Translations under genes and position numbers: made by a program
NCBI GenBank assembly: GCA_002269645.1
Contig: NIVC01004382.1
Span: 1-47,940, forward strand
Source: Macrostomum lignano
Lineage: Eukaryota
Length of the DNA: 47,940 bases
Direction: 5' to 3'
Notes under the pieces: model-generated
Databases searched by the model: none
Told to the model about the DNA's origin: nothing
The model's input: the letters and a program-made list of their open reading frames with translations, nothing else
Part shown: positions 20,520 to 34,340 of the stretch, one piece after another
Numbering within the stretch: the stretch's first letter is position 1
Layout: each line of letters starts with the position of its first letter

Positions 20520-22849
20520 CGATTGAATTATTGGCTGAAGGGATTAACGGTTAAGGCTTTTAGTCTTGACTAGTAGTTTTATAGTCACTGAAAAGATAAG
20601 CCAAAAATGTTATTTGTTATAATGATATTTTTAAGCTAGCTGACTGCCAGAAATGTATAACTTGAAAATTTAAAAGCATAAAAATGATAAAGAAAAAAAT
20701 ATTTAGAAGCTAAAATATTTCACTTGATATCTTGAACTTTGCACTAGGGACTAGTAGTATGTATTAATGTATAATGAAATTAATTTGTTTATCACTATTC
20801 AAAATTGACATCTTGATGTTTGTTATATGAAAAAAATATAGCTATTTGGGCATAGCAACATATAGTTGTGTTTAATACCAAAAGTAGGCCTATTATTACG
20901 TCAACATACGTAAAATTTTATATACATCGACACCTGTATATTCAGGCTCTCTGGGTAAAAATTTGATGCATAGATTCAATGAATAGGAAAAAAACAGTAC
21001 TAAATTTTTATTCACAGACAGCACTGTTCAGGAAGCATTTGAATTCGAGTCAAGTCAAGAAACTGTCTTCAATTTTTTTTCGCTGGTCTTATTTAAATTA
21101 GTCTTATTTAAAGTTAAGTATGTTTTTAGATACCGTATTACCGTTTCTGTTTGAAAAAACGTTACTGTTGGGGTTTTCTTTGGACAAGGAAAAGGCGAAC
21201 TGAAAGTCGGTAAATGCTTCGTAATTAGAGGCAGAATTATCGTTTTAAAATTTTTGCTTTCGATAGTATCAAACGAAATAACAAATACAATTATTGTTAC
21301 TACATGTACTTTTAAGGTTATATTTTCTTTTTAACATAATAGAAAGCAATACTTTTCGAAAATACTTTTAAACTTTCTCTAAATGTATTATAAAGATTCA
21401 TTAAAATCCGTTATTAAAACAGGCAATCAGGCTTAATTATTGCCTTTAGGCGCATAAGCATAGTAACCTTTGTCATAGCATTCAAAAGGTTTTCATTGTG
21501 AATAGTTGAGCTCTAGGGGGTAATATTTTACCGGTGAGATTAAAAAGTGAACTTTTATACGATATATATGTAGTGTTTACCCGGCCCATATAAGATATAT
21601 GGTTCATCACAAATGCATTGTGGTGAGGCGGCAGATATCGCCTAATTTGAAGAAAAGAAAAAGGTAAAAAGTTTCAAATAAAAGTTTAGAAATATTTCAA
21701 CAAAAAAAATGCCTTCTATATCACCATACTGATCCGAGCACTTTTTAAATGCTCGTAGTTAAAATAAGAGAGCCGGTGGCCATTTGCAAGATCGAAAATG
21801 GTCAAAGATTACTATGCATGTACACGTATAGTACTGTATAAACGGACCAGCTAGCTAGATGTCGTGAAGTACATGTAAATTACCAAACTTGAAAGCAAGT
21901 GGCCAGAAAAACACAGTATTTAAAGCAAAGTTGCAAACTCAAATCATGCCTTTTCATAAATTCCGTTTCGAAAGCGTATACAAGAGTCTGGACTTCAAAT
22001 ACATGGTAAACGCTCCCCTCGCGTATACTTAGTATTTTAGATCGTAAATCATAATTCATATGTAAATCACATGTACATATGCACGGCTCGATCTTTGTGT
22101 TGGTAACTACAGGAGAACTTCCCTCATGTACAGATTTGCATGTATTCTGCGCGCGCATTAACTTACCAGTATAATATATGTATAAATGTATACATAGATG
22201 TACATATATGTAAATTGTCAAAAGAGGAATTTTTATACTAGTTTACTTTTTTATTTATGATAATTAAGGTCACAATTACGGAATGTTGCTTTTTGGAGTT
22301 TTTACGGAGTGATCGAGTGTAAATTTTTTAGGCCTTATGCAAATATAAGGCCTTATGCAAATGTAAACTAATTTCTTACTGTATGCTAATTAGCAAACCA
22401 GTAAGGATGTTTTTATATAGTACAGATCCAGTAAATATTCTTGACAACTTCTACATGTAGCTCCGCTCGAATGTGAGCCAAAGCAATTCTGGCATGAAAA
22501 CAACCAGTCAGTTCTCGCACATTATCCCTGCAGAACATCTATAATCACGTAGGTAGATCTCTATTATGGAAGTATCCATTATTCAGGTCAATTCAGGTCA
22601 ATGGGAATGCGCTAGCTGCAGGATATATCTAGAGCTCGGATAAGTTAAATAAATTGATTTTTCCCCTAGCAAATTCCCAATTCTCACATAGCAGAAAACA
22701 TCAGTAAACAGACTGATAAACACACTGTAAACAGGACTTAATTGATTTGTTCTTCACAGACTTTACAGGTACCTCAGATTACCTCGACGTAAGCATATAA
22801 TAATCAGATAAGTCAGTGAGTTATTGGGAAATTAAATCGTAAAGTTGAA

Positions 22850-23800
22850 TTGGGTCATGAGTCATTGGGTCATGGAGTCATTGGGTCATGGAGTCATTGG
22901 CTCATGGAGTCATTGGGTCATGGAGTCATTGGGTCATGGAGTCATTGGGTCCTGGAGTCATTGGGTCATGAAGTGATTGCATGGAGTCATTGGGCCATTT
23001 AGTCATTAAGTCCTGGAGTCATTGGGTCATGGAGTCATTGGGTCATGGAGTCATTGGGTCATGGAGTCATTGGGTCATGGAGTCATTGGGTCATGGAGTC
23101 ATTGGGTCATGGAGTCATTGGGTCATGGATTCTGTGGGTCATGGATTCATTGGCTCATGGAGTGATTTGGTCATGAAGTCATTGGGTCATGGAGTCATTG
23201 GGTCATGGAGTCATTGGATCATGAAGTCATTGTGCCATGGAGTGATTGGGTCATGGAGTCATTGGGTCATGAAGTCATTGGGTCATAGAGTCATTGGGTC
23301 ATGGATTCATTGGGTTATGGATTCGTTGGGTCATGGAGTCATTGGGTCATGGAGTCATTGGGTCATGGAGTCATTGGATCATGAAGTCATTGGGTCATGG
23401 AGTCATTGGGTCATGGAGTCATTGGGTTATGGATTCGTTGGGTCATGGAGTCATTGGGTCATGGAGTCATTGGGTCATGGAGTCATTGGGTCATAGAGTC
23501 ATTGGCTCAGGGAGTCATTGGGTCATGGAGTCATTGGATCATGAAGTCATTGTGCCATGGAGTGATTGGGTCATAGAGTCATTGGGTCATGGAGTCATTG
23601 GGTCATGGAGTCATTGGATCATGAAGTCATTGGGTCATGGAGTCATTGGGTCATGGAGTCATTGGGTTATGGATTCGTTGGGTCATGGAGTCATTGGGTC
23701 ATGGAGTCATTGTGCCATGGAGTCATTGGGTCATGGAGTCATTGGGTCATGGATTCATTGGGTCATGGAGTCATTGGGTCTTGGAGTAATTGGGTCATAA
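22850..23800 (+). repeat. 16-bp minisatellite GGAGTCATTGGGTCAT, ~59 units, with higher-order variant blocks
   Basis: Direct tandem repeat; same family and strand as 9275-9825. Confidence 0.96.
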
Positions 23801-24206
23801 ATAGATTTTTCAGTTCAGTCTTAAAAATTCCATAATTTCATAAATTAGCTCAGTTCGCAACCAGCGAGGGCATAAAAAGTGAGCAAAAACTCCGCCGCCA
23901 ACCCATGCAGCCTCGAACTCTGAAACTCCGGGCGCGCACGCAAGCAGGCAAAGCGGCGCTTCGGGCTTTTGGGTTTCCGCCTTTCCTGCCTGACAAAAAT
24001 GATTTATGATTGCCTTAGTTGAGCACGAGCAAAGTGAATGGAGCCAAGCTTATGCAGTGAATGCTTGCCACTGTAGGGGAATAGGGAGTTCAACTGATGC
24101 GAGCCTTTTGTGCCTGACTGATGGAAGTCCATGGAGTCCGCACTTCTGACAGACATCTGACGGGTAACAATGCACTCTGGAAAATACGAGCGGAAAATCT
24201 GGAAAG

Positions 24207-24576
<370 letters not shown>

Positions 24577-25017
24577 CAGCTTCCAGCAGAGCAGCGGAAG
24601 TGAACGGGGAAACAAGGCTCCAGGGGTCAAACAATGCCATGCAACATGCCCAGCAGACACGCAATCTCCCACTGTAACATTTAAGCCCAGATAATTCTGT
24701 TTACCCAGCGCGATTATTAAGTGCGCATAATGTTTACGAGCATATTGTTTTCTTGTCAGCTTTTAGTCCCGAAGCCAAATTAGTCAAAATCTATGTCGGA
24801 TTTCGCGGTGCACGCTTATCCAGGCAGAGCTTAAGTTGTCCCCAGTATGGCCTGAGAATAGCACGAGAAGCGAGCTTGGGCTTCTCAATTCCAGATCCAG
24901 GGCTGGTCTGTCGCAGGCAGCCTGATCCCTCTGGGAATTCTTGGGAAAAGAGAATTTACTTCACCCAGGAAATTAGGTTTTGGCGTTTTACTGAGTAAGA
25001 GAATTGTAGTCTAGTCT

Positions 25018-25098
<81 letters not shown>

Positions 25099-25126
25099 CA
25101 GTAGCAGTAGTAGTAGTAGTAGTAGC

Positions 25127-25197
<71 letters not shown>

Positions 25198-25228
25198 CAG
25201 TAGTAGTAGTAGCAGTAGTAGTAGTAGC

Positions 25229-25260
<32 letters not shown>

Positions 25261-25366
25261 CAGTAGTAGCAGTAGTAGTAGTAGCAGTAGTAGTAGCAGT
25301 AGTAGTAGCAGTAGTAGTAGCAGTAGTAGTAGTAGTAGTAGTAGTAGCAGTAGTAGCAGTAGTAGC

Positions 25367-25404
<38 letters not shown>

Positions 25405-25474
25405 CAGTAGTAGCAGTAGTAGTAGTAGCAGTAGTAGTAGTAGCAGTAGTAGTAGTAGCAGTAGTAGTAGTAGC

Positions 25475-25506
<32 letters not shown>

Positions 25507-25651
25507 CAGTAGTAGCAGTAGTAGTAGTAGCAGTAGTAGTAGCAGTAGTAGTAGCAGTAGTAGTAGCAGTAGTAGTAGTAGTAGTAGTAGTAGCAGTAGT
25601 AGCAGTAGTAGCAGTAGTAGTAGTAGCAGTAGTAGTAGCAGTAGTAGTAGC

Positions 25652-25698
<47 letters not shown>

Positions 25699-26093
25699 CA
25701 GTAGTAGTAGCAGCAGTAGTAGCAGTAGTAGTAGCAGTAGTAGTAGTAGTAGTAGTAGTAGCAGTAGTAGTAGTAGTAGCAGTAGTAGTAGCAGTAGTAG
25801 TAGCAGTAGTAGTAGCAGTAGTAGTAGTAGTAGTAGTAGTAGCAGTAGTAGCAGTAGTAGCAGTAGTAGTAGTAGCAGTAGTAGTAGCAGTAGTAGTAGT
25901 AGTAGTAGTAGCAGTAGTAGTAGTAGCAGTAGTAGTAGTAGTAGTAGTAGCAGTAGTAGTAGCAGTAGTAGTAGTAGCAGTAGTAGCAGTAGTAGCAGTA
26001 GTAGTAGTAGCAGTAGTAGTAGCAGTAGTAGTAGCAGTAGTAGTAGCAGTAGTAGTAGCAGTAGTAGTAGTAGTAGTAGTAGCAGTAGTAGTA
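25018..26093 (+). repeat. (TAG)n trinucleotide array with interspersed CAG, ~358 units
   Basis: Read directly from the sequence. Confidence 0.99.
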
Positions 26094-26559
26094 TTTCCTT
26101 GGGTGAAAAAGTACAATGTAGGTCGTTATACAATTTATTTCCAAGAGCTGAATACACAGAAATATTCATTGCTTGCTAAATTACGAATTCACCTGCTGCC
26201 TGCTGCTGAAAAATGCAGGGATGAAACCGAGGGGATATTTGCTCTCCAGTCTGGCTAAAGAATCGTAAAAAAAATTTTTCCTTCAACTTTCCCGCCTGAA
26301 AGCAACACCAGTAGCCAAAGTGTGTCTGCTAGGCCGTATGTGGTTACCAGCACTGCCATTGTTGCACTGTCTGATAGAGGCACTGCGTTCTCGGTAGAAG
26401 TGTCAGAGCCAGACAGATGGCTCGAAATTCCGCTGGTGGGAAAGTTCTGCAGGTACTCAAATTTCAGAGAATGAGAGGGTGACAAACTGCTTTGAGGCTA
26501 AAATTTGGCCTTGCAGACTCGCATGGCAGCCTGATATTTGGGGGTTTCTTTGTCCGCTC

Positions 26560-27750
26560 TCCCCTCCTTCTCTCCTCTCCCTCCCTCCCCTCCCTCTCTC
26601 CTCTCCCTCTCTCCCCTACCTCTCTCCCCTCCCTCTCTCCCCTCCCTCTCTCTCCTCCCTCTCTCCTCTCCCTCTCTCCCCTACCTCTCTCCCCTCCCTC
26701 TCTCCCCTCCCTCTCTCTCCTCCCTCTCTCCCCTACCTCTCTCCCCTCCCTCTCTCCTCTCCCTCTCTCCTCTCCCTCCCTCCCCTCCCTCTCTCCCCTC
26801 CCTCTCTCCCCTCCCTCTCTCCCCTCCCTCTCTCCCTCCCTCTCTCTCCTCCCTCTCTCCCCTCCCTCTCTCTCCTCCCTCTCTCTCCTCCCTCTCTCCC
26901 CTACCTCTCTCCCCTCCCTCTCTCCCCTCCCTCTCTCCCTCCCTCTCTCTCCTCCCTCTCTCCCCTACCTCTCTCCCCTCCCTCTCTCCTCTCCCTCCCT
27001 CCCTCCCTCTCTCCTCTCCCTCTCTCCCCTACCTCTCTCCCCTCCCTCTCTCCCCTCCCTCTCTCTCCTCCCTCTCTCCTCTCCCTCCCTCCCCTCCCTC
27101 TCTCCCCTCCCTCTCTCTCCTCCCTCTCTCCTCTCCCTCCCTCCCCTCCCTCTCTCCCCTCCCTCTCTCCTCTCCCTCCCTCCCCTCCCTCTCTCCCCTC
27201 CCTCTCTCCCCTCCCTCTCTCCCCTCCCTCTCTCCCCTCCCTCTCTCCCCTCCCTCTCTCCCCTCCCTCTCTCCCCTCCCTCTCTCCCCTCCCTCTCTCC
27301 TCTCCCTCTCTCCCATCCCTCCCTCCCCTCCCTCTCTCCCTTCCCTCTCTCCTCTCCCTCTCTCCTCTCCCTCCCTCCCCTCCCTCTCTCCCCTCCCTCT
27401 CTCTCCTCCCTCTCTCCCCTACCTCTCTCCCCTCCCTCTCTCCTCTCCCTCCCTCCCCTCCCTCTCTCCCCTCCCTCTCTCTCCTCCCTCTCTCCTCTCC
27501 CTCCCTCCCCTCCCTCTCTCCCTCCCTCTCTCTCCTCCCTCTCTCCTCTACCTCTCTCCCCTCCCTCTCTCCTCTCCCTCCCTCCCCTCCCTCTCTCCCC
27601 TCCCTCTCTCTCCTCCCTCTCTCCTCTCCCTCCCTCCCCTCCCTCTCTCCCCTCCCTCTCTCTCCTCCCTCTCTCCCCTACCTCTCTCCCCTCCCTATCT
27701 CCCCTCCCTCTCTCCCCTCCCTCTCTCCTCCATCTCTCCCCTCTCTCTCT
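26560..27750 (+). repeat. ~1.2-kb almost pure polypyrimidine repeat (~13-bp CTCCCTCTCTCC(C/T) units)
   Basis: Read directly; only rare A residues. Confidence 0.96.
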
Positions 27751-28374
27751 TACTCACCCCCTTCTTTTCTTCTTTCTCTATTTTAATTTCTTATGATCTC
27801 CAAGTTTATGTAAATTTCAATAATTTACGCAAAGCACTACCATAGGATAATAACCACATGACCTTGAAATATGCAGTTTACACCTGTTCAAAAAGGATTG
27901 AAGGCCAGTGCCAGTAGGACAGTGTTTAATTCCCTTACCCCCCCCCCGGAGCAGTTTACCGGCTTTAACACGAAGGAAACAGATCGATACTATTGCTAAG
28001 CCTCAAGTGGATTTGTTTTTTGGGGGGGCAACTACCAGCCTGTCAAACTCTATTTACACTCTGCTTGAAGCGGCACCCAATTCTAAATTTAGCAACAGCT
28101 GCTTTTCTCTGAGCAGGGCTTCCCTTTCTCAAGTGTTCTCACAGCGCATTTGCTGTATGTCAATGAATGTGGCAAGTTTGATAACTGTGTGGGTTTGTTT
28201 ATCTGCTTGAGCCCCGGTGTTATTTGGGACTGATTCCGGCTAGACCCACGCGCTCTCTCATTCATTTTTAATGCACCAGCTCTGCTTCAGTCTGTTGATG
28301 TCGCTCAGCTCAGCTCCCTTCGGTATCCGATTTCTCTTCTGTGTCCTATCTCACCTAGCTCAACTCTCAACTAT

Positions 28375-29045
28375 AGAATCTCTCGCATAGCTATTCTCTC
28401 CCCGATCGAATCTTTCCCATATCTAATCTCTCCCCTATCGAATCTCTCCCAATCTAATCTCTCCCCTATCTTCTTTCTTCATACTTAATTTCTTCCATAT
28501 CTAATCTCTCCTCTATCTAATCCAACCTCTCCTCAATCTAATCTCCCCCTGATCTAATCTCTCCTCTATCGAATCCAACCTCTCCTCAATCTAATCTCCT
28601 CCTGATCTAATCTCTCCTTATTTAATCTCTCCTCAACTGATTCTCTACTCAATCTAATCTCATTCATCTCTAATAATCACTCCCCTATCGAATCACTCCC
28701 ATATCTAATTTCTCCCCCATCTAATCCCTACCCTATCTAATCTCTTCTCCAGTCTAATCTTTCCCCTATCTAATATCTCCCATATCTAATATCTACCATA
28801 TCAAATCTCTCCTATATCAAATCTCTTCCTATCTAATCTCTAACCAACCTAATCTCTCCCTACTCAAATCTCCGCCATATCTTATCTTGCCCCTATCTAA
28901 TCTCTGCTTAATTTCATCTCTACATAATCAAATCTTTTCCCTATCTAGTCCCTAACCTATCTAATCTCTCCTCTAATCTCTCCCCAATATAGTTTCTTCT
29001 TAATCTAATCCCTCCCATATCTAATCCCTAACCAATCTTATCTCT
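28375..29045 (+). repeat. Degenerate ~16-17-bp repeat ATCTAATCTCTCCCCT
   Basis: Recurrent TCTAATCTC motif in tandem. Confidence 0.85.
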
Positions 29046-29424
29046 AACATTTGATTCCTAGGGTCCCTGCTGTTTCATCTCGGTAGTCAAGACAGAAACG
29101 CAAATTCCTGTCAGCTCATTTATTCCATTTAGACTTCCGCCCTCAACCGCTAATTGTGGGCTCAGGATACCCCCGGGAATCGGGCAAGACAAATTTGGAA
29201 AAATTGACAGCCCTGAGAAGACGAACAAGTGTGCTCTGATTAAATAATTGTTGAAGATTTTTCACTTTTTATGTAATTTTAGCTGATCCTGGACCCTGGT
29301 GTATAGAAAATGCTAGGCGATGAGATTGTAAAAACTGGATAAAGTTTATTACGTTTCCCAGCCATTCTCACCAGTGCCCGATCTGTAGAGCTTAAAGAAA
29401 TCTTAAAGAACCTTTAACTCATGC

Positions 29425-30088
29425 GGTCTTGCCTCCTCTCCCCTGCCTCCTCTGCCCTGTCTCCTCTCCCCTGTGTCCTCTCTCCTGTCTCCTCTCCCCT
29501 GTCTCCTCTCCCCTGTCTCCTCTCCCCTGTCTCCTCTCCCCTGTCTCCTCTCCCCTGTCTCCTCTCCCCTGTCTCCTCTCCCCTGTCTCCTCTCCCCTGT
29601 CTCCTCTCCCCTGTCTCCTCTCCCCTGTCTCCTCTCCCCTGTCTCCTCTCCCCTGTCTCCTCTCCCCTGTCTCCTCTCCCCTGTCTCCTCTCCCCTGTCT
29701 CCTCTCCCCTGTCTCCTCTCCCCTGTCTCCTCTCCCCTGTCTCCTCTCCCCTGTCTCCTCTCCCCTGTCTCCTCTCCCCTGTCTCCTCTCCCCTGTCTCC
29801 TCTCCCCTGTCTCCTCTCCCCTGTCTCCTCTCCCCTGTCTCCTCTCCCCTGTCTCCTCTCCCCTGTCTCCTCTCCCCTGTCTCCTCTCCCCTGTCTCCTC
29901 TCCCCTGTCTCCTCTCCCCTGTCTCCTCTCCCCTGTCTCCTCTCCCCTGTCTCCTCTCCCCTGTCTCCTCTCCCCTGTCTCCTCTCCCCTGTCTCCTCTC
30001 CCCTGTCTCCTCTCCCCTGTCTCCTCTCCCCTGTCTCCTCTCCCCTGTCTCCTCTCCCCTGTCTCCTCTCCCCTCTCTCCTCTCCCCC
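29425..30088 (+). repeat. Highly homogeneous 16-bp minisatellite TCTCCTCTCCCCTGTC, ~41 units
   Basis: Direct tandem repeat; the minus strand reads GAGACAGGGGAGAGGA. Confidence 0.97.
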
Positions 30089-30670
30089 AGGAGTTTATAA
30101 CTTGGTCAGACAAAGCAATCCGCTCAAATGCTAGGCAATCCGGATTAGCAAATTTCATACGGTTTCTTGAGTAATAATCAATGCTCAATAGATTCCGAAA
30201 ACCAAATGCGAGATAAGAAATCCATAACTGTCAAAAGCAGGCAAAACAAGATACCAGCTGTGTCGATTCTGAGCGTAGCTGTTTTGTATGTGTTTTTGTC
30301 CTTATAGCAAAGTTCGTATGGACATTCCAGACTGTGCTCAGGCAAGCACCCACACACGCGCGTCCAGGTCCAGGCAGTGTAAAGCAGGACTTCCGCCTCG
30401 AACACCTCCTGCAACAAAAGCTCTTCCAATCCATGCGGACGTCTAAAATAAAAAAATATTAAATAAGGAAATTGTTCTTGTTGCCAGGGTCTGCGCATTC
30501 AGGCCTGATCCAAAATCCAGATCAGGTCAGACCCGCCGAAATCAATTCAACAATAGGCCTCAAAGATATTTCCTTCTCTATTTCCACCTGGAAGGATATT
30601 GCTGAATTTTTAAAAAAATGAAGTTTGCTAGAGCAGTCTCATTAAAATCAAAGTTAGAGATTCGCTTAGT

Positions 30671-31015
30671 GAGACTGGACACTGAGACTGGACACTGAGA
30701 CTGGACACTGAGACTGGACACTGATACTGGACACTGAGACTGGACACTGAGACTGGACACTGAGACTGGACACTGAGACTGGACACTGAGACTGGACACT
30801 GAGACTGGACACTGAGACTGGACACTGGGACTGGACACTGAGACCAGACACTGAGACTGGACACTGAGACCAGACACTGAGACCAGACACTGAGACTGGA
30901 CACTGAGACTGGACACTGAGACTGGACACTGAGACTGGACACTGAGACCAGACACTGAGACTGGACACTGAGACCAGACACTGAGACTCGACACTGAGAC
31001 TCGACACTGAGACTC
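30671..31015 (+). repeat. 13-bp satellite GACACTGAGAC(TG/CA), ~26 units
   Basis: Direct tandem repeat. Confidence 0.96.
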
Positions 31016-31242
31016 ACAGACAGGGGCGCCCACCTCAGAGACAGGGGCGCCCACCTCAGAGACAGGGGCGCCCACCTCAGAGACAGGGGCGCCCACCTCA
31101 GAGACAGGGGCGTCCACCTCACAGACAGGGGCGCCCACCTCAGAGACAGGGGCGCCCACCTCACAGACAGGGGCGCCCACCTCAGAGACAGGGGCGCCCA
31201 CCTCATAGACAGGGGCGCCCACCTCATAGACAGGGGCGCCCA
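31012..31242 (+). repeat. 21-bp satellite GAGACAGGGGCGCCCACCTCA, ~11 units
   Basis: Direct tandem repeat, fused to the 13-bp array; shares GAGACAGGGGCG with 15844-17005. Confidence 0.95.
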
Positions 31243-31677
31243 AGCCCAGTTTGCGAGCGCGCCAGCATTTGGATTTCAAAGCAGCAAAAGTCCCTAATAT
31301 TTATAATTCTATTTCTAGCAAAGCCTTCTTCAAAGACAGTCAGCTTCGCTCACAGAGGCTTTCGCTTTTCAGTTAAGGCTAAAGGCGGAACCAATTAAGC
31401 TGCTTTCAAACGACCAAAACAGCAGCTGCGCCGAAGTTGTCTTCAACAGAAATCTCCTGCACTCATGCCGTGTCTTGTTGCCCAGCCGGCTGTTTTGCTG
31501 CCGCCGCTGGCTAATAGAAAAGGTGCACTGAATACTGCATCCCGCCTTTCCTGCCTGGCCGCTTCAAAAGGAGCCGAATGCAAATTATCCTGCCGAAAGT
31601 TCTATAAATGGATAGTTATGATTACTAAATAGGGAAGCTTGCATCTTACAGAGTAAACTTCTGATTTTGGCTTTGGA

Positions 31678-34340
31678 ACTGAGACTGAACACTGAGATTA
31701 GAATCTGAGATTCGATACTAAGACTAGACACTGAGACCAGACACTGAGACTGGACACTGAGACTGGACACTGAGACTGGACACTGAGACTGGACACTGAG
31801 ACTGGACACTGAGACTGGACACTGAGACTGGACACTGAGACTGGACACTGAGACACAGACACTGAGACTGGACACTGAGACCAGACACTGAGACTGGACA
31901 CTGAGACCAGACACTAAGACTGGACACTGAGACCAGACACTGAGACTGGACACTGAGACTGGACACTGAGACTGGACACTGAGACCAGACACTGAGACTG
32001 GACACTGAGACTGGACACTGAGACCAGACACTGAGACACAGACACTGAGACTGGACACTGAGACCAGACACTGAGACTGGACACTGAGACCAGACACTGA
32101 GACCAGACACTGAGACTGGACACTGAGACTGGACACTGAGACTGGACACTGAGACCAGACACTGAGACACAGACACTAAGATTAGACACTGAGACCAGAC
32201 ACTGAGACCAGACACTGAGACCAGACACTGAGACTGGACACTGAGACTAGACACTGAGTCACAGACACTGAGACTAGACACTGAGTCACAGACACTGAGA
32301 CTGGACACTGAGACCAGACACTGAGACTGGACACTGAGACTGGACACTGAGACTGGACACTGAGACCAGACACTGAGATCAGACACTGAGATCAGACACT
32401 GAGATCAGACACTGAGACCAGACACTGAGATCAGACACTGAGACCAGACACTGAGACCAGACACTGAGACCAGACACTGAGACCAGACACTGAGACTGGA
32501 CACTGAGACTGGACACTGAGACTGGACACTGAGACCAGACACTGAGACCAGACACTGAGACCAGACACTGAGACTGGACACTGAGACTGGACACTGAGAC
32601 TGGACACTGAGACCAGACACTGAGACTGGACACTGAGACTGGACACTGAGACCAGACACTGAGACACAGACACTGAGACTGGACACTGAGACCAGACACT
32701 GAGACTGGACACTGAGACCAGACACTGAGACCAGACACTGAGACTGGACACTGAGACTGGACACTGAGACTGGACACTGAGACTGGACACTGAGACTGGA
32801 CACTGTGACCAGACACTGAGACTGTACACTGAGACTGGACACTGAGACTGGACACTGAGACTGGACACTGAGACTGGACACTGAGACTGGACACTGAGAC
32901 TGGACACTGAGACTGGACACTGAGACTGGACACTGAGACTGGACACTGAGACTGGACACTGAGACTGGACATTGAGACTGGACACTGAGACCAGATACTG
33001 AGACTGGACACTGAGACCAGACACTGAGACTGGACACTGAGACTGGACACTGAGACCAGACACTGAGACTGGACACTGAGACCAGACACTGAGACCAGAC
33101 ACTGAGACTGGACACTGAGACTGGACACTGAGACCAGACACTGAGACTGGACACTGAGACCAGACACTGAGACCAGACACTGAGACTGGACACTGAGACT
33201 AGACACTGAGACTGGACACTCAGACTGGACACTGAGACACAGACACTGAGACCAGACACTGAGATCAGACACTGAGACTGGACACTGAGACTGGACACTG
33301 AGACTGGACACTGAGACTGGACACTCAGACTGGACACTGAGACCAGACACTGAGACTGGACACTGAGACTGGACACTGAGACCAGACACTGAGACTGGAC
33401 ACTGAGACCAGACACTGAGACCAGACACTGAGTCACAGACACTGAGACTGGACACTGAGACTGGACACTGAGACCAGACACTGAGACACAGACACTGAGA
33501 CTGGACACTGAGACTGGACACTGAGACTGGACACTGAGACTGGACACTGAGACTGGACACTGAGACCAGACACTGAGATCAGACACTGAGACCAGACACT
33601 GAGATCAGACACTGAGACCAGACACTGAGACCAGACACTGAGACCAGACACTGAGACTGGACACTGAGACCAGACACTGAGACCAGACACTGAGACCAGA
33701 CACTGAGACTGGACACTGAGACCAGACACTGAGTCACAGACACTGGACACTGAGATCAGACACTGAGACCAGACACTGAGACCAGATACTGAGACCAGAC
33801 ACTGAGACCAGACACTGAGACCAGACACTGGACACTGAGATCATACACTGAGACCAGACACTGAGACTGGACACTGAGACCAGACACTGAGACCAGACAC
33901 TGAGACCAGACACTGAGACTGGACACTGAGACTGGACACTGAGACTGGACACTGAGACCAGACACTGAGATCAGACACTGAGATCAGACACTGAGATCAG
34001 ACACTGAGACCAGACACTGAGATCAGACACTGAGACCAGACACTGAGACCAGACACTGAGACCAGACACTGAGACCAGACACTGAGACTGGACACTGAGA
34101 CTGGACACTGAGACCAGACACTGAGACCAGACACTGAGACCAGACACTGAGACTGGACACTGAGACTGGACACTGAGACCAGACACTGAGACCAGACACT
34201 GAGATCAGACACTGAGACTGGACACTGAGACCAGACACTGAGACTGGACACTGAGACCAGACACTAAGACTGGACACTGAGACCAGACACTGAGACTGGA
34301 CACTGAGACCAGACACTGAGACCAGACACTGAGACTAGAC
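31678..34340 (+). repeat. 13-bp satellite GACACTGAGAC(TG/CA), ~200 units
   Basis: Direct tandem repeat; source of the long SVSSLSVQSQC ORFs. Confidence 0.98.

Noticed and set aside
24956-26169. Poly-Thr, poly-Leu and poly-Tyr ORFs of 375-393 aa
   Set aside because: Translations of the (CTA/CTG)n strand of a microsatellite; no splice or homology support.
27900-28370. Possible decayed LINE ORF1 fragment on the minus strand
   Set aside because: Only a vague basic/helical resemblance with several stops; not supportable without a database search.
26479-34316. Long Ser/Pro/Leu-rich, GDRGEETGERRQ and SVSSLSVQSQC ORFs
   Set aside because: Stop-free satellite units open in several frames at once.
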